The translations under genes and the position numbers were made by a program. Positions 1-11,999 of a stretch of 64,000 nt of DNA are shown piece by piece. The notes under the pieces are model-generated. The model was not told the origin of the DNA. It was given only the letters and a program-made list of their open reading frames with translations, and ran no database searches. Each line of letters starts with the position of its first letter. Position 1 is the stretch's first letter. The DNA comes from Gnetum montanum (taxonomy: Eukaryota > Plantae > Gnetophyta): contig MNCI01003306.1 of the NCBI GenBank assembly GCA_015680685.1, positions 924,756-988,755 on the forward strand. The letters are read 5' to 3'.

Positions 1-2013
1 AAATAAAACAACACTACCATAGCAACTATAACCAAGGAAACCAAGGCCAGGAACCAAGGGCCAAAGGCTAACCTACCCAAGGCCCTCACCAATGATTACA
101 ATAACTAATCATTAACTTCTAGGATCACTGAATCAACAACAAATACACCTAACTTTGAAAGGAAGGAAAAGTCTAAATATACAACATTGCTATTAAGACC
201 AACCAATTTGCTAGACCAACTATTAAGGAGTGGGCGTATGCAACACAAATAAATGACCAAAGCCACTTGAAAGAAACATGAGCAACTATGCAAAATAGCC
301 AAAGATCCCATTCAGGCAATGAAGAATGATCTCTAGTTGCATAGATACTTCAAGCTAGACTACTTCTTCCATTATCATCAACTACCTAGCCATGATACAA
401 ACTTTTGCCTTGCACTGAAAGATGACTTGCAAAGTAAGATAGATAGAAGGGAACTAATCTTAGATGCTTCTAACCTAGTTTAGCAACAAAACTAGTTAAT
501 GTAAGTCTACAAAGACCTGTTGAATGCTAAAGATAGCCCCTATGTTATTTTTACATTCAAAATCAATGAAAATCAAAGACCTACAAGAGAACTATTTATG
601 ATTCAAGTATTCCTCTATAATGAAAGGGCTTCCTTAGCTTTCTGTAGCTCAAGATTCCCCTTCGTTGTGAGTGTGCCATCACGAATGTCTTTGAGAAAAC
701 CTTTTTCATCAAGGTCTCCCAACCCAATACAACCAAAACAACTATAGCCCAACCAACTACACAACAACCCCCTATGGTGGCCAATGCTACTGCCTCTTCC
801 TTACAACCAATGGCTAATAACTAAAAAAATATAGCCAAACAAAGGAATAAGCATAAGCATAAGCCTAATAACAAGGGAGACAAGCATATGAAGGCATGAA
901 AGGAAGTGGGTCCATTAAAGTGCACTTTCATTTTGGCTATACCCATGACCTCCTCTGGCCCAACCTCTTTAACCAACAAGCCACATGAGGATACCAAAGC
1001 CCACAATCAAAACAAGAAGGAAGATTCACAATAGCCAAAGTCCACATTTTGGGATGCATGAAGGATGTAAAGCACAACCAGTGTGACAAGTCCACAACTG
1101 ACAACAAATCTTCCTTAATGTAATGGACCAATTTAGGCAATCCCTAAAGTAGAAAAACACAACCCTAAGCTTGTATGACCTGATCATGACATTCTCCACA
1201 CATCGTGAGGCACTAGTCAAAATGTTGACCTTCGTACCCATTAGTGAGGATATTCCTGCTAATGAGGAAGACATCCATGTAGTGATGATTTCTCCCTCAC
1301 TAAAGAAGGAGAATTCAACACCCTTAACATTTTGCAATAGCAAAATTAAGGTTAATCCTTAGAATGCCAAAGTGACTACAATCCCTTTCTTCATAACCAT
1401 ATGCATAGGAAAATTTCAAATACATCAAGTGCATGTTGATGATGGAGCTACAACCAATATCATCCCATGCATCATCATTGAACGCTTTAGCTAAATTGAG
1501 CAAGTACAACTTACAACCACCGCAGCTCTTAAGTTCTTCAATGGATCAAGAGTTGCTATTAAGGGGCCTATATCGTTGGATTTTTTAGCTAGAGAAAAAT
1601 TCCCTAAAACCTCAAATTTCTTCATGGTGGAAGAGACATTAGGATTCAACCTGATCCTGAGAAGATCTTGGTTGGCTCAGTTATGAGTTGTGTCCTTGCC
1701 CATCTATTAAGAAATTCACCTTCCTTACAAGGGAGGTGAAATCATCATTCATTGTGATAATGCAGCTCCCCTAGCTATCAGTAATGTAGACATAGAACAA
1801 GGATCTAAAGTGGAGCTTCAAGAAAAATCTCCAGGCCATGAACAACAAAAATCCAAGATAGCCAATGATGACAATGATAAGTAATGGGATACATTATGAG
1901 ATGAACTCTATTTTAACATCGTAAGTAAAGGGGATGGTGAATATAAGCTTGTGCAGATTAGGCCTTACTTACTTCCTAATCTTGCAAAGATTAGGAAAAA
2001 TCTACACAAGTGA
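1..2013 (+). pseudogene. gag: Element A Gag C-terminus plus aspartic protease, ending RPYLLPNLAKIRKNLHK*
   Basis: Homologous to the gag-PR of B and C (LYDLIMT..HREALV, VHVDDGA, FNLIL.RSWLAQ). Many stops and frameshifts. Confidence 0.85.
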
Positions 2014-2217
2014 AGTTCACCTTAACCTTTTCATGCCCTTATGACTAAATGCATCAATAGCCAAGTAGCCTTACTTTTCTTTTGCAATTTATTCTATCTT
2101 TATGCACATAGCCTATGCATGTAGCCTACGTTTGTTTGCATGTTTGCCTATTTACTACAACCCTTCTTATGATTGAAAAAATCCTTATAAATATATGTCT
2201 CTTTTGCATCCCATTCA

Positions 2218-2347
2218 CTAAGATGTTAAACTATCACTATTGCCTGCTAAGACATTAAACTGGTACTCTGGCCTACCATGGCCTTAAACTAGCAACATAG
2301 CCACAATCATGCAATATAACTTGTGCTTGCAATGGCCTAAAACTAGG
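2218..2347 (+). repeat. Array of 4 degenerate gaCCTTAAACTgGCA motifs after the protease
   Basis: gatgttaaactatc, gacattaaactggt, ggccttaaactagc, ggcctaaaactagg. Confidence 0.75.
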
Positions 2348-2612
2348 AAACATCTTGTTTATTATGATACTTCCTTTTTTCGATTATCCATAACCAAAAA
2401 CATCAATATAGCTGTTTTCAATGTTCACTACTACTATAGATGCATATAGTCAAAAATAAAACCAAAGTTTAAATTTAAAATTAAAATTTCCATAACATGC
2501 ATAGCCATGGCCACACTGTGTGGCAAAAATGTCAAAGAATAGAAACCATCTATAACATAGTCTTGGCTAGTCATAGCCATCAACATGAAAACAGAAACAA
2601 ATACCCAACAAG

Positions 2613-5600
2613 TTAAACTGAAGGACACTGTTGAGTGGCATTTGGAGGAGGAAGCAGTGGATCATACTCTCACCACTGGGGCCATCAATGTCTTCTAAGG
2701 CCTAAAATGCAACAACATATAGCCAATTAGTAACCCATAGCCAAAATCATGACTTAAAATAAAGACTAAAACATAAAATATATCAAACCTATGGAGATTC
2801 TAGATTCATTACTTTTGGGGATAGATGGGGAAGGCATTCCTCCAAATCATGGAGGATCTAGTCTACTGTCATGTTAACCCACTCAACATTTCCAAGATCA
2901 ACACCAAAATGAATGTTGGTCCTATACATTATAGTCAAAGCAGGATGCTCATGGGTAGCAGCAGATGTAGAGGTCTCACCTACAATAGTGGTAATTCGAA
3001 GAGTAGGGGATTGCTTCACCTTGAGAGTACTTTCAAAAAGTTAATAAGCACTTCCTACTTGGATCCCCTAAATGAACAACTCTCTCTTGCATCATTCAAC
3101 CCACTCCTCCTTGAGCCCCTTTAGGTATGACCCATGATCAGCCTTATACTGTCACTTGTGGGCCTTTTATGTCTTGCCCAACTCTAGGACCCAAGTGCAG
3201 TGGTCCTTCCAATACTCAACCTTTTGGAAGATGAGGTCCATCTACATATGTTGTTCCACCATCTCTTGTAGGATTGTTAATTTTCCCAAAAAAATATGCC
3301 ACTAGAGGATCCATGTGATCTCCTTAGTCCCTAATTTGCTTGAGTTAGCCACTTGGGCTTTTACAAAGGCTTTACAATCTTGGAGATCTCTAATCGTGTC
3401 CTCCTACCTTTAAGTCTTTTCCCTTAGGCCATAACTTCCTCCCATAGGTATTCATTGGACCTCTATAGCTCCCATGATTTTTTTGCACATGACATTGCTA
3501 AATCAATAGCAGTCTTGTACAACTTCATAGGTACACTAGACACATCAAAGGGAAGTTTAGGCAAGGAGTTTATCTCCATGTCTCTACTAGGGTTCCACTC
3601 CATAGAAGGCACTACACAATCATAAAATCCAACTATAAAACACAACCTAAGATAGCCATAATGTAAGTAAAGCCCACAACTGAAGCACATAAAAAAAATC
3701 CTTACCTATCTCAAGTGCAACCTAATGTAACCAATCGATGATGTCCTTAGCCATCCCACGCAAGAATTCCACTTTCTCTAGAGTCTCTACCCATGGTTTC
3801 ACAAAAAACTTAGGGAAAGGAGCTAGCGTTGTTGGTTTAGGAACTATTATAAGCATATCAATCATTGAAATGTTATGATGACAACCAAAGATAACCAATG
3901 ATATATAGCGAAAATATTAAAACATAGGCATACCTAGCTCCTCCTCCTCTCCTCCTACTAGGATGATGATGGGAAAGGTACTTGGTACCACCTCATTAAA
4001 CAAGGTATCTAAATCATATATACCTACATCAACAAATCCTTTAATGATAGGTTTTTTTAGGAGTGCCTCTTATGCATGCCTTTGTTCTATTTCCATAGCA
4101 GGTTGGGCTATTATACCCTGACACTTATCTACAACCATAACACATAGAAAATCGGTTAACACATGAAACCATAAAGTAACCATAAAATTTTAGAACATAA
4201 AATAACCAAATTTAAACAAAGCATACCTGAAATTTCTTGATGTGATGGCTTAAGCTTCTTCAGGGTAGGCTAATCTAATGTTGGGTTTTCCTCCTCCATT
4301 GACCTCTTGAGTTTCTTCCTAGCTACTCCTTTGACCTCCATATGTCATTCTTTTTCATCCTAAACACTAGAAGGAAACAAGAGGGGCTCATCATCATTAG
4401 TATTGTTAGGAGAATCACATTGCCTAACATTTAGATTCTTAGTGGTGATGGATAACATATCATCCATTCCCTCCATTGATTGGATAAATGTGCTTTATTT
4501 AAATCTTAGAAAGTTGGCTTAGGTCTTGGGAAATCCATCATCCATTCCTGTGCACCACCAGAAACTCTGCAAACCTCTTTAGATAACTTGCAAAAAATGC
4601 AAAGTGCATATGGATTAGCATAGAGGTGTCAACACAAAGTCTAAGGATCTCCTCTCAAAGCCCAGTAGCCAAAGTAGTAACCCAATCAAATATAATGCCC
4701 TCCATAGGACCTTCTTAAAGGTCCACCCCTATGCTGGGCCAACTACCTTCTTTTGTGATAGTAGTTTGGGAAATGCATGAGACCTAAACAAAGCATATGA
4801 TTCCTTTGCATTAGGGTTCATAAAGCTATCTATTAAAATTCCAAAGTGTCCCATGTGGATACCAAGCCACTCTAGAACTTCATCGCAATGGCCCAATTCC
4901 CTTACTATTCTACTGGGAACCTTTACCTTGTCAGCAAGGACACCAAACAAGTCACGGAAGAGGCCAGCACTCACATTCATGTTCACCTTCACATTTTGAA
5001 TGATGGTGCTAAAATGACCAACCTTCTCATCAAAGGAGTTGATGACATATAACATCTCTAAAGTGGGAATGGAAGTGATAGGTGCCATGAATATATTGAG
5101 CAAACCTACATGCTAGATGTTTGCTTGAACGTATCTAAGCACTTGTCCCTTTAGCCACTCCTGTGCTAATGTCACTTCACCAAACTTCAAGATGAGGGTA
5201 TCCTCATGATACAAACCTGAAAGTGGTATGGTAACATCAGCTGAGGTGGAAGGTCTTGTGAAGCAATAACCAAAGGTTAGCATCAATATGAGCAATTTCA
5301 ACAACTAAGAAAAGTAATAGAACACCTAGAACCATAAAAAAAATAGAAGATATATGTTTACCTTTCCTTTTCTTCTACAATGTGGAGGTTCTAGCTACAA
5401 GGGTCTGATTCATGCTATTGGCATCTACCCACCAGTTGTGCATCATCCTCATCGTTACACTTTCTGTATACATGGTTAAAGCTAGTGACTTATTCATCAA
5501 AGTACCATCTTAACTGTTGATACTCAGTAGTTCTAATTTGAGGACTCTTGGTGAATTTATTTAAAGTAGTTTGAGCCATTACCAAGATTTGATCATTGAC

Positions 5601-8300
5601 AATCAAACCCTGATCATTGACATTGTACTTGTAAGAAGTTGTAAAATCAATAAATTTAGGGAAGGTAATCAACCCAAAAGCATAAAAGCATTACAATAAC
5701 TATGTTTACCCCTGTAGATGGTACATGGTGCCAAGTGGGTTCTGGAATAATGTGTGGACTCTATGTGCTACCATTAGAGTATTGTCAGTATTATACTAAC
5801 TATACTCTGGCATCGTTTAGATCTCTGAAAGGTAACATGGACTTATGGCACTTGTTAGTCCCCCTATAGTTTTAGGAAGTGGCATATCAATAATGTAGCT
5901 GGTAATCAAGTTGGATGCTTGAGGCAACAGGTTCTCCACAATAACCCTAACTACATCTGCAGACAAGTGTGACCACAACATCATATTGAAGTTCCTAAGG
6001 AGGTAGGCAAGGAAGTCCCTTGCCCCAAGCTAAAACCACAATGAAAGCTTCCTGAAAGGCATGTCATGTGGTGGGGTGTTGGTCTTAGGATGACCAATGT
6101 AGCACAAGATACCAACCAACTCCACTATGATGAGTATAGGCCTTAAAAAGACCCTACATGAAGTAAAGCACAAAAACATCATAATCGATTGAAATTTCTT
6201 TAAAAATTTAGAAAAAACATCCTATTTGGAGGTGAAATTAGCTATGTAAAATGCTCTAAGGTGTTTATCTAAATTAGCTTAAGAAATTACACAAAAAAGA
6301 GGCATTATTACAACCTTTCAAAGCAAAAAAAAGTATGACCTATTAGAGTTACTTAGCAAATTTAGATAAAACATCTAGTCAGAGGTGAAATTAGCCTTTG
6401 TAAAAAGCTCTAATGTGTTTTTGTAAATTATTCTAAGAAATTTCACTAGAAACATTATTACAAGCTTGCATAGCCTTACATCATGACCAATGGAAATTTC
6501 CTAATAAATTTAGAAAAAAAAAACTTCCTAAGTTAGAGGTGAAATTAGCCTTTGTAAAAAGCTCTTAGATGTTTATCTAAATTACCTTGAGAAATTTCAT
6601 AAAAGAATTTTTACCATATTTTATAACCTTTATAGCCAAAACATTATAGCTAAAACTAAGTCTTAGCCTTAGTTATGCATAAATTTAGAAAATAGCATCT
6701 ACATTATGCATAAATTTAGAAAAAGCAAGCATAAGTTTAGAAAAAACATCTAAAATATGCAAATCATGCATGAATATAGAAAAAACATCTAAAATATGCA
6801 CAAAGCTTATGGAAAAACATCTAAATTATGCACAGCATGCATAAATTCGAAAAAGGCATCTAAGCTATGTGTAAATTTAGAAAAAAACATCATAAACTTA
6901 GAAAAGGCCATGTAGCCATAGTAAAAGCTTATTTAAAATAGAAAAAGCTTTTACTCTTCTTAAAAAAATCAAAATTAAGTACTAGTTTTACATGTTCACA
7001 AAAGAAAAACATAGTTATACATATCAATCACTTTCATTAACAAATGGGTAGTGTACTACAACCATGATTTTGCCTTGTTCACACAACCATAGCCAAAAAA
7101 TTCATTTAAGCTGCAAACAGAGTGATTCCATCATTGTTTGAAAGCTTAAATTAAGGCCTACACACCCATTCTTAGAAAAAATTCAAAATTTTTGCCATTT
7201 ATGTAGGGAAAATTCATCAATTTGGACAATAATCCAAAAATGGCACAAACATCCTTATTACACATGCTTAGTAAAAAATTCATAGAAAATTCATCTTAAG
7301 TCCAATTAGAGTGATTCCACATCCACTGGAATGTTGAACCCAATTCCAACTTATCCATGACTAGAAAATATCCAAAACCTTTGCTTTTTCCTTATAAAAT
7401 ATTCACAAAATTATATAAAATTACAAAAGTGGCCCAAACAACCTAACTGTGCAACATTAGGAAAGCAACCATAACTTCTTTGTTTCAAGGTCAAATTAAG
7501 TAAGACAATAGCCATCGAAAAGCTTAAACAAAGGGCTACAAAATATTACCTTTAATTTTATAAATGTGTAACCATTATACTAAGAAAAAATACACAATAT
7601 TGCTTACTTTTTCATGCTAAAACTTCAAGAAACCTCAAAGCCTAAATTTCATATAGCCATGTAAATAGTCAAAATAGGTAAAACCATTGAAACCCTTTAA
7701 AATTTACACCAAAATAATGGGGTAGGATTTTTTTAAAATTTATTTTTAATAAATCCTAATGCCTATATTTGAAAAAACATCCATACCCTAAAATTTTGGG
7801 GAAAAAGCATGAAAAAACAAACCCTATTTTTAAAATGAAATCTACAAAAGATAAAATAATGAAACAACCATGGATCCATGTGAAAATGGCCAAAATGGAA
7901 GGTGGGATTTCATTATAATTCCATTGTTATCCCTCAATAAAATTATATCTTAGAAATACAACCCTAACACATGGAAAACAAAACTTGAAAAACCTTAGAT
8001 CAAAGGCAAAAATAGGTAGAAATGCCTACCTTGGAGAAAAAATTGAGGAAGCCTAGATGGATATGGATTTGGGTACTTCTTCTAGCTCCAAATTATGTTC
8101 ATCCACCTTCTAAATCACTAGGATTTTGCTCTTTCCCTCTTGTGCCTTTGGCACCATGGCAGGCTCAACACTGAGAATGGCTAGAAACTAAGAAGGATGA
8201 GAGATCAATGCTAGCTGTGAGGAAGGTGGAAAGCTTCCATACTAAGAATTGGTTATTGCTACCACAAGAACCTCTACTAGAGGTCTCTTCCAATGTGCTA
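2613..8300 (-). pseudogene. Antisense multi-exon gene inside element A (PMD/plant-transposon-protein-like core plus coiled coil); 5' end approximate
   Basis: Minus-strand introns at about 2702-2788, 3633-3705, 3844-3933, 4129-4226, 5256-5361, 5639-5709 and 6154-8029 (GT..AG; two acceptors decayed to CAA). Exon peptides align with the antisense gene of B (AFPKLLS, EWLG, HFAFF..YL.RFAEFLVV, PWVET). Confidence 0.8.
6185..6910. repeat. Tandem repeats (three ~155-bp units, then ~30-bp units) in the long first intron of the antisense gene
   Basis: Recurrent gaggtgaaattagc(c)t..gtaaaa.gctct at about 6229, 6382 and 6536. Recurrent atgcataaatttagaaaa.catcta in 6670-6910. Confidence 0.8.
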
Positions 8301-8599
8301 TTGATGTAGAATTAAAATTGTGATGAAAACTTATGAGATTCCATAATAAAGTCACATCTAACACCTAAACACATAACTTAAAAACCCCAACTACCAATTC
8401 AACGCACCATGACTATAAGTGTACTAAAGTGAAAAGGGGGAAAGTCTAGTTCATGTTAGTTTTGGGTGGGAAAAAACTTCACTTTTCAAAATTTTTAATT
8501 TTTTTGGATTATGGGCCCCATCGTATGCCTTCATTCTTAACCAAAACTTGCATTAACACTGAGATTTTTGACAATTTTGACTCTTAAAACCTTATGGCA

Positions 8600-11300
8600 A
8601 CCTTAACCCCATGCATCCACGTTGGGAATGCCATGCCCAGCATGGAAACATGCCTATTATTTTACAAATTAATTAGAATTACAAATTTTTTTCCATTTTT
8701 AGTAACCCAAACCTGCCTTTTTCAACCCTATGTTTCCAAAAGTGGGTAAGACATGAGAAAAGCTAGAAACCATGGGTTTCCATGTTGAGGCAATAGTTTC
8801 CAACATGGAAGAAGGGGGTAACACCCACTCTTATCCCCAAACACCCATCTAGCACAATTTTAACCCCAAAGTGAACCCCACATGATCTAGAACCCCTCCA
8901 AGCATCATCGACAACCTCAGAATCCCACCAGACCTAGTCAAAACTAGTTGAAATCTAGGATTTGGTGTTTTCCACACTAGAGAAGGCTTTTTCCATGCTG
9001 AGCCTCTTACCCTTAGCATGGGTTGATGGCAGGAAGCCAAAAATGACCCATGTTAATGACTTAATGACCATTTCTTAATACGCAATGACCCCTAAGCCCT
9101 ACCAAAACACTTTGGAGATTTTAAAAGCTTCAAAAGTCATCAAATATGATACAAAAACATCATCCCAATATCATCCACGCTAGGGCCACTAGGCCCAGAA
9201 TGGAATAAATGGGGGAGATTTCATGAGGAACTTACAAACCTCCAAACTATAGAATTTTGACACCTAACATTGACCATCGACAATGGCAACCCCGAAGGTT
9301 GACATGCATGGTTGATCGATTATCGATTTAGCCTAGATTTGACTTTCTTCATTGAGATAGATCTTTTCCATGCTAATCCTCCCATCCTCAACATGGAAAA
9401 AAGGGGTAAAGCTTGAAAACCCCCTCACAACCTACAAAATGACAAGATCTTAACCTTAGGCACTGATGGTCGACACCAGCAACCTTGTGAACACTCATGC
9501 ATAGCACGATTGATCATAAAAAGATAAAAATTTCTTCCCCCTAATTTTCTACATTGAGCATGGAAGGTCTAGCATGGGAAATGGGGGAGAGCCAAAAAAT
9601 TACCTAATGATCCTTGAAGCAAACAGATTGTAACATCAGGTATTAGCAATTGATGCCAGTAACCTTAGAAGCCCACATGCACGATCAAAAGTGACCACAA
9701 AGGGCCAAAAAGTTTTTCCCATAATTTTCCATGCTAATCATGAAATCCCCAACATGAAAAAAGGTAGGAAAACCAAAAAACCACTCATTACCCTTCAAAA
9801 TAATAAGATTTTGACATCAAGCATTGACCATCATCACTAGAAACCTCAGGGACATACATGCATGATCAAGAATGATGAAAAAGTATAGAAATCTATTGCC
9901 CCCTAATTTTTGATGATGTTCATACTATCCCCAACGTGGAAAAAGAGGGGGAAGCTCAAAACGTCTTGGAAACCCTATAAACTGACCATTTTTTACTCCA
10001 AACCCTAGTCTTCAACCCTGGTAGCCCTAAAGGCTGACATGCATGGTCAATTGAAGTCAAAACTGGGCTAGATTAGAGTTTTATGGTGTCGCCACATTGT
10101 GAATGCCCCCTTCCATGTTCATCAACATGTAAATTAAATGGGATACATACTTGAGATCCATAACTACCTCAAACAACATTAATTAAACTTGCATGTGCTC
10201 TAGGACCCTACCAACATCATTTGGAGCCTTCAAACATCAAGAAACAAATGTCAAAAGGTCAAAACGTGATTCCTCCTAGTTTTCCACATTAAGCATCCCA
10301 TTCCCATCATGGAAAAAATGAAAAAAAAGCCTAAAAATTCTTAGAAATACCCAAAATGACCAGAATTTAACACCAAACCCTAGTCATCAACTTTGATAGT
10401 CATGGAGGTTAACATACACAATCAATTGGGGTTGAAATTGGTCAAAATTTGAGTTGCATGATTCTTCAATGCTAAGGATCCATTTTTACATGCTAAGGAT
10501 AGTATCCCCAACATGAAAAATCAAGGGAAAACTTGTTTGGAACTTCCAAACACCTCAAAATGACATTAAATGACCTTTCATGCACTCTAGAACCCTAGTA
10601 GCAGCCATTGGATCCCTTCAACTTCACGAGACTAATCCTAGATGGCTAAAAAGTGGATCCCCCTAATTTTCCATGCTGAGATCTTCATCAAAATCATAGA
10701 AAAATGTGTATAAGTCAAACAACCACTTAGGAATGCCCAAAATTTCTAAAGTTTTACATGGATCCATAGCCCTTAACCATGGCAACTCTAGAAGGTAACA
10801 TGCACGGTCAGTTGTGATCCAAATTAGTTTAGATCTAATATTCTTCCTTCTTCCATGCTAGAGTAACTTCCTAAGTGTGGAAAAAATGAGGAAAAGCTAC
10901 TTTTCTAGTTTTGGTGACAAGATGGCACTCGTAGAAGACAAAGATCTACACTAGAGAAGCCAAGAACCTCATAGCCTCTAGATTTTGCTTGTTTGACCTC
11001 ATTTCAACCTCTAAAACCTAGTACCCTCATTCTTCCATGCTAGAGTAACTCCCCCATCATGGAAAAAGTGGGGAAAGACCTTAAGTACCCTTAAAAAACC
11101 TTCGAACGAGCCTAAAATCAACTGGAAACTTGCAATATCAAAGTCTACAATCCTAGGGGCCTAGAAACCTAGTCAAAATGCCCTTGAATCATTCTAAATT
11201 CATAAAACAAGTGTCCCCCTATTTTTCCACACTAAAGATACTATGCCCAACATGGAAAAAAGAGGGAAAGTCATTTTGCCACATCTTAACACTCAAATTG
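8600..11300. repeat. Degenerate ~180-200 bp tandem array, most units carrying an inverted pair TTCCAYRYT-N~13-ARYRTGGAA
   Basis: ttccatgct/ttccacact at about 8778, 8991, 9366, 9727, 10282, 10670, 10851, 11033 and 11225, usually followed by caacatggaa/agtgtggaa. catgca(t/c)g motif in many units. Confidence 0.7.
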
Positions 11301-11435
11301 CATCATAATGAAGCCAAGAGATGCACAAGTTCTAGATCTAGACTCCAGCCATCTATTTGACCTAATAGCCCTAATTGATGCCCTAATTAATGCCTAAACT
11401 AACCTAATAGCCTTATAGACTCAAAACATAACCTA

Positions 11436-11785
11436 CTAAGCCCTAAAACTGGAAACACCTAATCATTTTTACCAATATTAGCCATATTCTATCATATATA
11501 GCCTATTTTACTTGATTTTTGACTTGTTTTTCGACTTATGTTGCCTTGTTAACCTTGCTAACCTTCTATGGCCTTTATACAACCTTATATGTTCATTTTT
11601 TGTCTTATTACAACTCTATTTTCCTTTGTTTGGCCTTTAAATGGTATCACATAGTGGGGTTTGACCTTCCTTGACCACTTTTTGACACCATATGACCATG
11701 GCCTGCTAAAGCCCTAAACTAGCATCATAGTCCACCAAGACTATAAAGTGGCATCATGGCCTAATAAGGCCCAAAACTAGCAAAA
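11436..11785 (+). repeat. CCTTAAACTGGCA-like motif cluster before the RT of element A
   Basis: gccctaaaactgga, gccctaaactagca, gactataaagtggca, ggcccaaaactagca. Confidence 0.65.
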
Positions 11786-11999
11786 TTATGGCCTTTATTG
11801 ACTAGCCTTATACTTCCCCTTGTTTGACCTTTATGTAGTCTTTGTTCGCCCCTATTACACTATTCTGAACTGACCTTATCTCAATGATGAACTTGGATGG
11901 CCTTCATTCGATTAGATTTGCATGTGTTTTATGGAATTTTAACATTATTTATTTAGTTTTACCTAGGTGCCACTTAAAATGCTTTTGGTTGACATGCAG

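Noticed and set aside
11436-11785. Resemblance of ccctaaa motifs to plant telomere repeats
   Set aside because: They are isolated copies inside the longer CCTTAAACTGGCA motif, never tandem (CCCTAAA)n.
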